From: an uncultured Chloroflexia bacterium
GTDB taxonomy: Bacteria > Chloroflexota > Anaerolineae > CG2-30-64-16
DNA: 64,000 bases
Assembly (NCBI GenBank): GCA_963810095.1
Contig: CAWEMM010000006.1
Location: 64,001-128,000 of the forward strand
Direction of reading: 5' to 3'
Position numbers and translations under genes: made by a program. Positions 10,481-19,900 of the stretch are shown here, one piece after another. Under the pieces are notes generated by a model that saw only the letters and a list, made by a program, of their open reading frames with translations, had not been told where the DNA came from and ran no database searches. The stretch's first letter is position 1, and the number at the start of each line of letters is the position of its first letter.

Positions 10481-11284
10481 TTGGCTGAAGCAGATATCCC
10501 GATGATCGAGGTGCGGAACCTCGTCAAGTCGTTCGGCGCGAAGTACGCGCTCCGCGGGGTGAACCTGCGCGTGATGCCCGGCGAATCGCTCGTCTTGTTC
10601 GGCCCGAATGGCGCGGGGAAGTCGACCTTGGTCCGCATCCTCTCGAGCCTCAGCCGGCCGTCGGGCGGCACGGTGCAGATCGGCGGTTTGGACCTGGCGA
10701 AGCACGCGGATGGCATCCGGCGCTACCTGGGCGTCGTCTCCCATGCCCCCCTGCTCTACGACAGCCTGACGGCCGAAGAAAACCTGAAGTTCTTCGCCGG
10801 GCTGTACGGCATGAACCACCCGGAAGAGCGGATCAAGGCCATGCTGCAGCGGGTGGGCCTGTGGCCGCGGCGCGCCGACCTCGTCCGGACTTTCTCGCGC
10901 GGCATGGTGCAGCGCATGGCCATCGCGTGGGCGCTGCTGCACGACCCTGAGGTCATCCTGCTCGACGAGCCCGACACGGGGCTGGACCCACAGGCGGCCG
11001 AAATGCTGCACGGACTGCTGTCCGAGCTAAGCGGGCGAACGACGATCAGCGCGCTGGGCGGGGGGACCGTGGAGCGGCCGCGCACCATCGTGACCGTGAC
11101 GCACAGCATCGAACGCGGCCTCGCCATTGCCGACAAAGTGGTCATCCTGGCCAACGGCCGGGTCGCCTACGAGTCGACGGTAGCCGGGATGACTGCGGCC
11201 GAATTCCGTCCGATTTACGATCAGGCGTGCCTGGCGCCGCAGGGTGCGGGCAAGAATGGCGCGCGCAGCGGAGGCGGCCAATGA
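10481..11284 (+). CDS. ccmA: Heme ABC exporter ATPase CcmA
   Basis: GPNGAGKST, FSRGM, LLDEP; precedes ccmB and ccmC. Confidence 0.88.
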   Translation: MAEADIPMIEVRNLVKSFGAKYALRGVNLRVMPGESLVLFGPNGAGKSTLVRILSSLSRPSGGTVQIGGLDLAKHADGIRRYLGVVSHAPLLYDSLTAEENLKFFAGLYGMNHPEERIKAMLQRVGLWPRRADLVRTFSRGMVQRMAIAWALLHDPEVILLDEPDTGLDPQAAEMLHGLLSELSGRTTISALGGGTVERPRTIVTVTHSIERGLAIADKVVILANGRVAYESTVAGMTAAEFRPIYDQACLAPQGAGKNGARSGGGQ

Positions 11285-11952
11285 ACTTCTGGAAGGCCGT
11301 CGGCGCGATCATCTGGAAGGACATTCGGGCGGAGCTGCGCACGAAGGACATCTTCAGCAGCATGTTCGTGTTCGCGCTGCTGTCGGTGATCGTGTTCAAC
11401 TTTGCGTTCGAGCTGCGCGTGCCCGACATGAAGATGGTGGCGCCCGGAATCGTCTGGGTAGCCATCACGTTTGCCGGGACGCTTGGCCTGAACCGAGCGT
11501 TCGTGATCGAGCAGGACAAGGGGAGCCTGGCGGGGCTGCTGCTGGCGCCGGTGGACCGGGCGGCGATTTACTTCGGCAAGATGTTCGGCAACCTGATCTT
11601 CATCTTTGTCGTCGAGGTCATCCTGCTGCCGCTCATCACGCTCTTTTTCAACATCTCGCTGTTGACGTGGCAGAATATCCTCGTGCTGCTGTTGGGCACG
11701 TACGGGTTTGCAGCGGTGGGCACCGTGTTCTCGGCCATGGCGGTCAACACTCGGGCACGCGAAGTCATGCTGCCCATCCTGCTGTTCCCCGTCCTGCTGC
11801 CGGTCCTGGTGGCCGGGGTCAAGATGACGGGCGCGCTGCTGGACGGCGAGACGCTGAGCAGCGTTGCCAACTGGCTGCAGTTGGTCGCAATTTACGATGT
11901 CGGGTTCACCGTCGTCGCGTACCTGACATTTGGGTTTGTGGTGGAAGAATAG
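11281..11952 (+). CDS. ccmB: Heme exporter permease CcmB
   Basis: WKDIRAELRTK, F..EQDKGSL, LPILLFP; ATG overlaps the ccmA stop. Confidence 0.9.
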   Translation: MNFWKAVGAIIWKDIRAELRTKDIFSSMFVFALLSVIVFNFAFELRVPDMKMVAPGIVWVAITFAGTLGLNRAFVIEQDKGSLAGLLLAPVDRAAIYFGKMFGNLIFIFVVEVILLPLITLFFNISLLTWQNILVLLLGTYGFAAVGTVFSAMAVNTRAREVMLPILLFPVLLPVLVAGVKMTGALLDGETLSSVANWLQLVAIYDVGFTVVAYLTFGFVVEE

Positions 11953-11955
11953 CGA

Positions 11956-12042
11956 AACCATTAAGGACCAAAGACACGAAGGCTCACCAAGATTTTCCTG
12001 AAGAACCTTTGTGGAACCCAGGTTGTTCGTGTCTTCGTGGTT
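11956..12042. repeat. 8-nt-unit palindromic element
   Basis: AACCATTAAGGACCAAAGACACGAAGGCTCACCAAG...TTCGTGTCTTCGTGGTT, followed by AAGGGAAAGG RBS of ccmC. Confidence 0.85.
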
Positions 12043-12058
12043 AAGGGAAAGGCGGCAT

Positions 12059-12763
12059 ATGGCAACTAACTCACGGGGTTCGACGGCGCTGACCGTCTTT
12101 ACGGTCGTCGTTGCGCTGCTGATCTTGTTCTCGGCATACATGGCCCTGGTGGGCGCACCGCCGGCCGCGGGCCTGACGCAAGACGAAACATTCGCGCAGC
12201 GCATCATCTACTTCCACGTGCCCAGCGCCTGGTTGAGCATGTTGGCGTTCGGCGTCACGATGGTCGCCAGCATTGGCTACCTCATCACGTCGAAGCGGCT
12301 CTGGGACAGCCTGGCCGTTTCCTCGGCCGAAATCGGGCTGGTCTTTACCCTTGCGGCGACTGCCAGCGGCGCGATCTGGGCGAAACCGGCCTGGAACGTG
12401 TGGTGGACCTGGGACCCGCGTCTCACCACCTACACGATCATGTTCCTGCTCTTCGTGGCGTACTTCATGCTGCGGAGCGCGATGGAAGACCAGGCCCGGC
12501 GCGCGCGCTTCTCGGCAGTGTATGGGATCTTTGCGTTCCTCAGCGTGCCCATCACGTTTATGTCGATCCGTTGGTGGCGCACCATTCACCCGGTCCTGAT
12601 CGATCCGAAGTCCGGCTTCGGCCTGGGGCCCGGCATGATGACTGCATTCTTTGTGAGCCTCTTCTCGTTCACGCTGTTGTACGTCGTGCTGCTGCTGCAC
12701 CGCTACCGGCTCGAGCGCACGAAGGAGCAGGTCGAAGAGCTGAAGGAACAGTTCGGGTACTAG
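12059..12763 (+). CDS. ccmC: Heme exporter CcmC
   Basis: IYFHVP, WAKPAWNVWWTWDPRLT (WWD domain), WWRTIHP. Confidence 0.93.
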   Translation: MATNSRGSTALTVFTVVVALLILFSAYMALVGAPPAAGLTQDETFAQRIIYFHVPSAWLSMLAFGVTMVASIGYLITSKRLWDSLAVSSAEIGLVFTLAATASGAIWAKPAWNVWWTWDPRLTTYTIMFLLFVAYFMLRSAMEDQARRARFSAVYGIFAFLSVPITFMSIRWWRTIHPVLIDPKSGFGLGPGMMTAFFVSLFSFTLLYVVLLLHRYRLERTKEQVEELKEQFGY

Positions 12764-12768
12764 ATCAC

Positions 12769-12803
12769 CAGAAACCAGGTTTCCGGTGGAAACCCGTTTT
12801 CTG
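12769..12803. repeat. GAAACCGGGTTTC-type palindrome
   Basis: CAGAAACCAGGTTTCC-ggt-GGAAACCCGTTTTCTG. Confidence 0.65.
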
Positions 12804-12823
12804 CAGCCTAAGGAGCAGATACA

Positions 12824-12973
12824 ATGACATTCATGATTGCGGCGTACTTCGTCATCTGGTTGGCTTCGTTCGCCTTTATCCTCAGCATGGTGCGCCGCCA
12901 GAACACCTTGCAGCGCGAGATCACGTCGCTGCGCGAGCTCTCGCAAGAGCACGGTGAGCCGAAGCAGGGCTAA
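12824..12973 (+). CDS. ccmD: CcmD-like small membrane protein (49 aa, absent from the ORF track)
   Basis: Hand translation MTFMIAAYFVIWLASFAFILSMVRRQNTLQREITSLRELSQEHGEPKQG; AGGAG RBS; directly after ccmC. Confidence 0.8.
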   Translation: MTFMIAAYFVIWLASFAFILSMVRRQNTLQREITSLRELSQEHGEPKQG

Positions 12974-13040
12974 CCACAAAGACACCAAGACACCGGGACG
13001 GCAGGCGTTCTGTCGGTTCGTGTCTTCGTGCCCTTGTGTT
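12973..13040. repeat. 8-nt-unit palindromic element (subtype A)
   Basis: TAA|CCACAAAGACACCAAGACAC...TTCGTGTCTTCGTGCCCTTGTGT|TAAGGAG. Confidence 0.9.
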
Positions 13041-13054
13041 AAGGAGATTCTCTC

Positions 13055-13957
13055 ATGACCAGGGCTAACCGCTGGCAGACCTTTGCACATGCGCTGGCCT
13101 TCGTGGCCGGCTTCAGTACGGTCTTCGTCATCATGGGCGCCACCCTGGCGACCGTGTTCGGATTCGCGCTGCGCGCGTTCCTGCCGACCTTTGTCAAGAT
13201 CGGCGGCGTGATCCTGATCCTCTTCGGTCTCCAGGTGCTGGGGGTGTTCGGCTGGCTGGCAGACCGGGTGCGGGCGGCGGGTGGCGACAAGAACGGGCTG
13301 GGCCGGCTGTTCGTCGAGGGCGTGGACGCGTTCGGGCGGATCATGTACACGGAGGGCCGGGTTCAGAAGCAGGTGGACCGGCGCTGGGGCTACTTGTCCT
13401 CCTTCGCGATGGGCGTCTTCTTCTCGGCCGGCTGGATCCCCTGCATCGGGCCGGTGCTGAGCGCCATTTACGCCATGGCCGCCATGACGGCAACAGCAGG
13501 GCAGGGTGCGCTCCTCCTGCTGGTCTACTCACTGGGCCTGGGCATCCCGTTTCTGATCACCGGCGCGGCCTTAAGCGTCGTCGCACCCCAGCTCCGGCGC
13601 CTCAACCGGCACATGGGCGTGGTGTCGAAGGTGACGGGCGTCTTCCTGATCCTCGTCGGCATCGCCATGTACATGGACCGCCTGGGGTTCCTGTCGATCT
13701 TCTTCTCACAGCAACTGGGCAACGGCCTGGCGAACGTCGACGTGGGCGGCAATTTCGCCACGGTGACCATGCCGATCGCGTTCCTGGCGGGCTTGCTCTC
13801 GTTCCTTTCCCCGTGCGTGCTCCCGCTGATCCCGGCGTACATCACGTATCTGAGCGGCACGACGGTGGCCGACGGTACGCCGACGGCGCCTGCGGGTCAG
13901 CCGGCGGCCGGCAAGTCGGGCGCCGCGAGCATCCAGACGCCCAAGGCCGGCGCATGA
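13055..13957 (+). CDS. ccdA: CcdA/DsbD-beta-type disulfide transporter, circularly permuted
   Basis: GWIPCIGPVL, YSLGLGIPF; the usually N-terminal AFLAGLLSFLSPCVLPLIPAY motif lies at the C-terminus. Confidence 0.85.
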   Translation: MTRANRWQTFAHALAFVAGFSTVFVIMGATLATVFGFALRAFLPTFVKIGGVILILFGLQVLGVFGWLADRVRAAGGDKNGLGRLFVEGVDAFGRIMYTEGRVQKQVDRRWGYLSSFAMGVFFSAGWIPCIGPVLSAIYAMAAMTATAGQGALLLLVYSLGLGIPFLITGAALSVVAPQLRRLNRHMGVVSKVTGVFLILVGIAMYMDRLGFLSIFFSQQLGNGLANVDVGGNFATVTMPIAFLAGLLSFLSPCVLPLIPAYITYLSGTTVADGTPTAPAGQPAAGKSGAASIQTPKAGA

Positions 13958-14643
13958 GCGTCGAGGTGAAGCCACCGGAGGGTGATCGCGCCCGGCGGCT
14001 GAGTGACGCCATCAACCGCCTTGCGGTGGGTTTTGCGCGGCACTGGCTGGCGATCTTCAACATCGTCGTGGCGATCTTTATCGCGCTGCCCTTCCTCGCG
14101 CCGGTGCTGATGCGTGCGGGTGCAACGGGTGCGGGGACGTTGATTTACAAGGTTTACGCACCGACGTGTCACCAGCTTCCCGAACGCTCGATCTTCCTCT
14201 TTGGCGCGGACCGGTTCTACAGCGTGAAGCAGCTGGAGAGCGACGGGTATATCCCTGAGGGGCTGAATATCCTCCAGCGTGAACAGCTGCGTTGGGACGG
14301 TTCGGCGCAGGCAGGCTGGAAGGTCGCGGTCTGCGAGCGGGACGTTGCGATCTACGGTGCCATGCTGATCGCGGGCCTGATCTTCGGGCTGCTGCGCCCA
14401 CGGCTGAAGCGGAACGGCAAGATGGCCAAGCTGCCGCTGTGGGTCTACCTGCTCACGCTGCTGCCGATTGCGGTCGATGGTTTCACGCAGTTGTTTGGGC
14501 TGCGCGAGTCGACGCCCGAGCTGCGCTTCCTGACGGGTGCACTGATGGGCGCCGCGACCGTGTTTTTCGCCTATCCCTACGTGGAAGACGCCATGAACGA
14601 CGTCGTCCGGCAGACGCCGACCGGCGGGAGCAGTTCCGGATAG
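13954..14643 (+). CDS. DUF2085-like membrane protein
   Basis: CHQLPERS and VCERD..IYG motifs, DG.TQ..G.RES; ATG overlaps the ccdA stop. Confidence 0.75.
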   Translation: MSVEVKPPEGDRARRLSDAINRLAVGFARHWLAIFNIVVAIFIALPFLAPVLMRAGATGAGTLIYKVYAPTCHQLPERSIFLFGADRFYSVKQLESDGYIPEGLNILQREQLRWDGSAQAGWKVAVCERDVAIYGAMLIAGLIFGLLRPRLKRNGKMAKLPLWVYLLTLLPIAVDGFTQLFGLRESTPELRFLTGALMGAATVFFAYPYVEDAMNDVVRQTPTGGSSSG

Positions 14644-14677
14644 ATACTTAGCGTACGCCTGCATGACCGTCGCATTT

Positions 14678-14706
14678 TTGGACAATTCAGCGTCTTACGC
14701 TATACT
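14678..14706 (+). promoter_or_regulatory. sigma70 promoter of rpsT
   Basis: TTGGAC-17 nt-TATACT. Confidence 0.65.
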
Positions 14707-14804
14707 TAGCGCTTGTGACTGGCAAGCGCCGGTCACGTTTATGTCTGTCCATAACGGCCTGAGCCGTGACATCACAAGGTTAGAAGAAATCCTGGAGGCT
14801 TTCG

Positions 14805-15089
14805 GTGCCAAATCTTAAGAAGAACCCGTCTGCGTTGAAGGTTGTGCGTCGCGATGCTCGCAAGGCCGTCTACCGCGGAGCCGTCCGCACCAGCACCCGC
14901 ACCTACATCAAGAAGGCGCGCACCGTGCTGGCGAGCAGCAAGATGGAAGGGGCCGACGAGGCCGTGCTGGACGCGATCCGCGCGCTGGATAAGGCCGCGG
15001 AGAAGGGCGTCATCCACAAGAACTCGGCCGCACGGCGCAAGTCCCGGCTGATGCTGGCTCTGAACAAGGCGAAGGCCGCGAAGGCGTAA
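14805..15089 (+). CDS. rpsT: 30S ribosomal protein S20
   Basis: LDKAAEKGVIHKNSAARRKSRL; GGAGG RBS and GTG start. Confidence 0.95.
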   Translation: MPNLKKNPSALKVVRRDARKAVYRGAVRTSTRTYIKKARTVLASSKMEGADEAVLDAIRALDKAAEKGVIHKNSAARRKSRLMLALNKAKAAKA

Positions 15090-15110
15090 GCTTAACCCGA
15101 GCGAAAAATC

Positions 15111-15145
15111 AAAAGGACCGGCGGATTCTCCGCCGGTCCTTTTTT
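15111..15145. terminator. Bidirectional Rho-independent terminator
   Basis: AAAAGGACCGGCGGA-TTC-TCCGCCGGTCCTTTTTT between convergent genes. Confidence 0.9.
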
Positions 15146-15162
15146 GCTTCCCAATTGGGAGG

Positions 15163-15887
15163 TCACCCGTCGGCGAGAGCGACGGCCTCATCTGGGACCG
15201 CCAACGGCGCCGGCACCGAGGCGACCATCTTGTAACCAACTTTGCGCACGGTGACAAGGACCGCCGGATGGGTGGGGCGCGCTTCGATCTTCTCCCGGAG
15301 CCACCGGATGTGAACGTCCAGCGTCCGGGTGTCGCCCAGGTAGTGGGTGTCCCAAATTTCCTTCATCAGGTCCTCGCGGAAATGACCTGGTTGGGACGCT
15401 GCATGAAGATGGCGAGCAGATGACACTGTTTGGGGGTGAGATGCGTTTCGCCCTGCGGACTGCGGACGAGACGGGCGCTCAGGTCGAGCTCGACCTGGCC
15501 CACCCGGAGCGCATGGGGCGCCAATGAGTCGAGCGCCTTGTTCAGCGTTTCGCGCAGCTTCTTGGGCGTAAAGGGCCGGACCAGTCGCTCGTCGGCCTCG
15601 ATCTGCTTACCCTCGCCGCGGTCGACCAGCAGCAGCCGGCGCGCCTGTGGCAGCTTATGCCGCAGCGTGAGGCACAGTCTCTCGCCAGAGAAATGGCTGT
15701 TTGTCGGGTTAATAACTATAATATTTGGCTTGAGTTCTCGGGCAAGCTGTAACCCCAGGGTCTGGGTGCGCGCAAAGGCAATCTCGATGCCCTCCTGCTC
15801 AATCGTCTGCCACACCTTCTCATACCCGGGATCCTCACGGCCGATGTAGAGGATTTGAGCAGGTTTCGCCCCCGAGTTCCGGCCCAT
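15163..15887 (-). CDS. OmpR-family winged-helix regulator with atypical receiver (frameshift near 15375)
   Basis: LTPKQ..LL, TRTLDVHIRWLREKIE, TVRKVGY; the receiver lacks the canonical Asp and Lys. Confidence 0.85.
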
Positions 15888-16071
15888 GCTGCACCCCCTC
15901 TTCCGTCCGAAACAGCATGCGGCATTATAGCGCATCTGAAGCCTGACCACAAAGCGCTGCACGGAGGCACCAGGCGTCCACCACGGCCGGAGACGCCGCC
16001 AGTGGCGGGCGTGGCTGCGCAAGTACTGCAACAGGTTGACCTTTACCCCCCGCCATGATAGAATCGAACCG

Positions 16072-16875
16072 ATGCCTTCGCAAACGAAACCCGGCGTGCC
16101 CGAGCACGCCAAACCTGTCGTCGTCATCCCCACTTATAACGAAGCCGAGAACCTGCCGGGTCTGATCGCGGAGCTACATGCGCTCGCGGTGCCTGGCTTG
16201 TCCGTGCTTGTCGTGGATGACGATTCGCCCGACGGCACCGGGCAAGTGGCGGACTGCCTCGCCGAGCGCTTGCCGGGCGTGCTCCAGGTGATGCACCGCG
16301 CGGGCAAGGATGGCCTTGGCCGGGCCTACGTAGAAGGATTCGCCCGGGCGATCGCCGACGGCGCGGACTATGTGGTCCAGATGGATGCCGATTTCTCGCA
16401 CCCTTCCGAAGCTATCCCCACCATGTTGAGGATGATGCCGGAGTACGACGTCGTCGTGGGCTCCCGCTACGTGAACGGCGGCCAGTTGGACGAGCGCTGG
16501 AGCTGGTGGCGGCGCTTTCTGAGCTGGTGGGCGAACGAAGTCTGGTCGCGGCGCATCCTCGGCCTGAGCACCCACGACATTACCGCCGGCTTCAAGTGCT
16601 GGCGCCGCACGACGCTCTTGGGCATCGGGCTGGACCGGGTGGGGTCGAACGGCTACGCGTTCCAGGTCGAGATGGCCTACCTGACCGAGCGCCTGGGCTA
16701 CCGGGTGGCGGAAATCCCGATCTACTTTGAAGACCGGCGCATCGGCAAGTCCAAGATGAGCATTCCGGTCAAAGTGCAAGGTGCGATCGATGTATTCCGG
16801 ATCCGCTACCGCCACCGCAAGGTTAGGGCCGAAGCACAAAGACGCGACGACACAAAGCTACACGAAGGCGTTTAG
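16072..16875 (+). CDS. Polyprenol-phosphate mannose synthase-like GT2
   Basis: [36 protein letters not shown]. Confidence 0.9.
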   Translation: MPSQTKPGVPEHAKPVVVIPTYNEAENLPGLIAELHALAVPGLSVLVVDDDSPDGTGQVADCLAERLPGVLQVMHRAGKDGLGRAYVEGFARAIADGADYVVQMDADFSHPSEAIPTMLRMMPEYDVVVGSRYVNGGQLDERWSWWRRFLSWWANEVWSRRILGLSTHDITAGFKCWRRTTLLGIGLDRVGSNGYAFQVEMAYLTERLGYRVAEIPIYFEDRRIGKSKMSIPVKVQGAIDVFRIRYRHRKVRAEAQRRDDTKLHEGV

Positions 16876-16903
16876 AGAGCCTTTGTCAGCTCTCGCGGCT
16901 TTG
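16835..16903. repeat. Degenerate 8-nt-unit element overlapping the GT2 3' end
   Basis: CACAAAGACGCGACGACACAAAGCTACACGAAG...CTTTGTCAGCTCTCGCGGCTTTG; left arm is translated as [11 protein letters not shown]. Confidence 0.65.
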
Positions 16904-16941
16904 ATCCTGCGCGGACAGCCCACCCATCACGATACCGCACG

Positions 16942-19900
16942 TTGTTCGAGGTACGTTTGAAGTCATCGCGCAGAGCCGATGCGCTCGTCATCCTAGCCCT
17001 GCTCCTGCTTCCTCTGCTCTGGTTCGCGCCGCAGGCTCTGGGCGGCAAAACCCTCCTACCCGCCGATAACCTCTACCAGTATCCACCCTGGCGCACCTAC
17101 GCGGGGCAGATGGGGCTGACCGTGGCGGACGGCCAGGTCGTACCCTACAACCACCTGATCAGCGACCTGGTGCTCGAGAATCTCCAGTGGAAGTCGTTCA
17201 TCGTCGATGCGCTGAAGGCGGGCAACCCGGCCGATATCCTGTGGAATCCGCGCTCGTTTGCGGGCACCCCCTTCCTGGCTGCAGGACAAAGCTCCGCCGC
17301 CTACCCGTTGAGCCTGCTGTTCTACGTGTTGCCGCTGTGGCGGGCGTACGGCGTGTTCACCTGGCTCCAGATCGGCATCGCATCCGCGTGCATGTACGTG
17401 TTCATGCGTGTGCTGGGCGTGCGCAAGATCGCCGCGGCCTTCGCCGCCGTCGCCTACGCGTATTCGGGCTTTTTCATCGTCAGCGTCAACTTCACCATGA
17501 TCATCGCGGCCGCAGCCTGGCTGCCGCTGCTGCTGACGTGTATCGAGCTGATCGTGCGCCGCCTGGAACGGGCGGCTGAACCCCAACCCCCGGGCGCTGA
17601 GACGAAGACGCGGGGGGTCGGACCCGTCCCGTACGTGGTGCTCGGCGCAATTGTCCTGGCCGTACAGATTCTCGCGGGACACGTCGAGATCACCTACTAC
17701 ACGCTCATGGTCGGGGCGCTGTATGCGGCCTGGCGCCTCGTCCGTGCGTACCTGTTGCTGCGGCGCGGGCAGATCAGGGCATGGCCCGGGGTGCTGCGCA
17801 CCGCAACCTGGCTGGTGGTCATGATCGCGCTCGGCATGGCGCTGGGCGGGGTGCAGATCCTCCCGCTGTACGAGCTGGTGCGGCAGAGCTTCCGCGAAGG
17901 CTCGGCCAGCCTGCAGCAAGTGCGCGACTGGGCGTGGCCCTCCCGGCAGATCATCACGTTCCTCCTTCCCGACTTCTTCGGCAACCCGACGCACCACGCC
18001 TATTTCGACATTTGGCAGCGAACCTGGGTGACCGTTACCCAGAACGCGGCGGCGGAGCCCCTGCACACGATTGATTGGGGCGTGAAGAACTACGTCGAAG
18101 GGGCCAACTACCTCGGGATCGGAACCCTGCTCCTGGCGCTCACCGGCGCAGCCGCGGGGATCGCGGGCTGGGGCAGCCGGGGGCACAAGACGCAGATCTG
18201 GTTCTTCGCGGTCCTCGCGGTGCTCTCGCTCTTCTTTGCGTTTGGCACGCCCCTGTACGCGCTCCTCTATTACGGCTTGCCGGGCTACAGCCAACTGCAT
18301 TCCGCCTTCCGGTGGGTGTTCCCCTACACGCTCGTCATGGCGGCCTTGGCAGGCTTTGGGCTGGACTGGTTGCTGTCGCGACCGGCCAAGGGGCTGTGGC
18401 TGCCGCGGCTTCTCGGCTGGCTCACAGTCGCTGCCGGCGGTGTTGCGCTCCTCCTTGTCCTCGTGAGCGCCCTGCAGCCCGGACCGTTTGTCGCGCTGGG
18501 CGAGCGCTTGCTCAACTGGGGCTTCTGGTCGGATTTGGCCCGCTCCCGGGGCTTTGCTAACGGCGCCATGTTCTGGAGCTATGAAGCGGTCCAGATCGCG
18601 CTTGGTGCGATGGCGCTTCTGTCCGGCGCGGCCATTCTCGTTCTGCTGCGCCTGCCGCGAGACGCGGAATTGGGCACAGATGCCCAGCCTGAGGCGGACC
18701 TGGGAGTTGACGAGGACATGGCGGCCTACGGGCACTCGGCACCGCAGCAACCCGCCAGGCCCTCCAGGTCGATGCGCGACGTGCTGTTGCTGCTGCCGCT
18801 CCTCGTCCTGATCCTGGACCTGTGGCTTGCCGGCCGCGGCTTCAACCCCGCCATCGACCCGAAGCTGCTGGAGTTCACGCCGCCCTCGGTCGCTTTCCTG
18901 CAGAGCAAGCAGGACCCCGAACAGCCCTGGCGCCTGACAAGCCTGGATCCGCCCGACCAGAAGGTGCTTAACGCCAACTCGGCGATGCGCTACGGGCTGG
19001 AAGACGTGCGCGGGTATGACTCGATCATCCCGAAGCAGTACGTCGCCTTCATGCAGCGCATCCACCCCCAGGGCGAACTGCTCTACAACCGGATCGCGCC
19101 CATCTACTCGGAGATCGGCGGCAAGTCAAACCTGGCCGCGCTCGACAACCCGCTCCTAGACCTCCTGGGCGTGCGTTATGTCGTGTCAACCCAGCCGGTT
19201 CCAAACGAAGGATATGAGCTCGTCTATGACGACGAGGTGAAGATCTACGAGAACACGGGGGCGTTCGATCGCACCTTCATCGTCGGCGAGGCCGTCGCGG
19301 CCGGCAGCCAGGGGGAAGCGCTCGACCGCCTGCAGCAGGTGGACCCGGCCAAGACCGTTGTGGTCGAGGGGCTGCCTGAGGGCGGGCTGCCGGCCCCCGC
19401 TTCGCCACAGGTGCGCGAGGCACGGCTGGCGAACCGCGAGCTGAGCGACCGCGAGAACCGCCAGTTGTTCGTCGACGTGAACCTGAGCGACCGCGGGTGG
19501 CTCGTGCTGACCGACAGCTACTTTGAGGGCTGGAAAGCCTACCTGCGGCCCTTCGGCGTGGAAGGCGAGGGCGTCGATGCGAGCGGCCAGTCGCTCGAGG
19601 AGCAACTGCCGATCTACCGGGCCGACGGCGCGTTCCGGGCCGTTTACATCCCAAAGGCGGGCCAGTGGACCGTGCGCTTTGTCTATTCGCCCCGCAGCTT
19701 CCTCATGGGCGGCTACCTCACGTTCCTGGCCTTCGTGACCCTGATCCTGCTTCTCGGCTGGTGGGCCTGGAGCCGGTTCTACAAGGGTGAAGGCAGCGAG
19801 GTTGGCACGGTTGCGAAGAACAGTGCGGTGCAGGTCGTGATGAGCCTGTTCAACCGCGTCATCGACTTCGCCTTTGCGATGCTCCGGCTGCGCATCCTCA

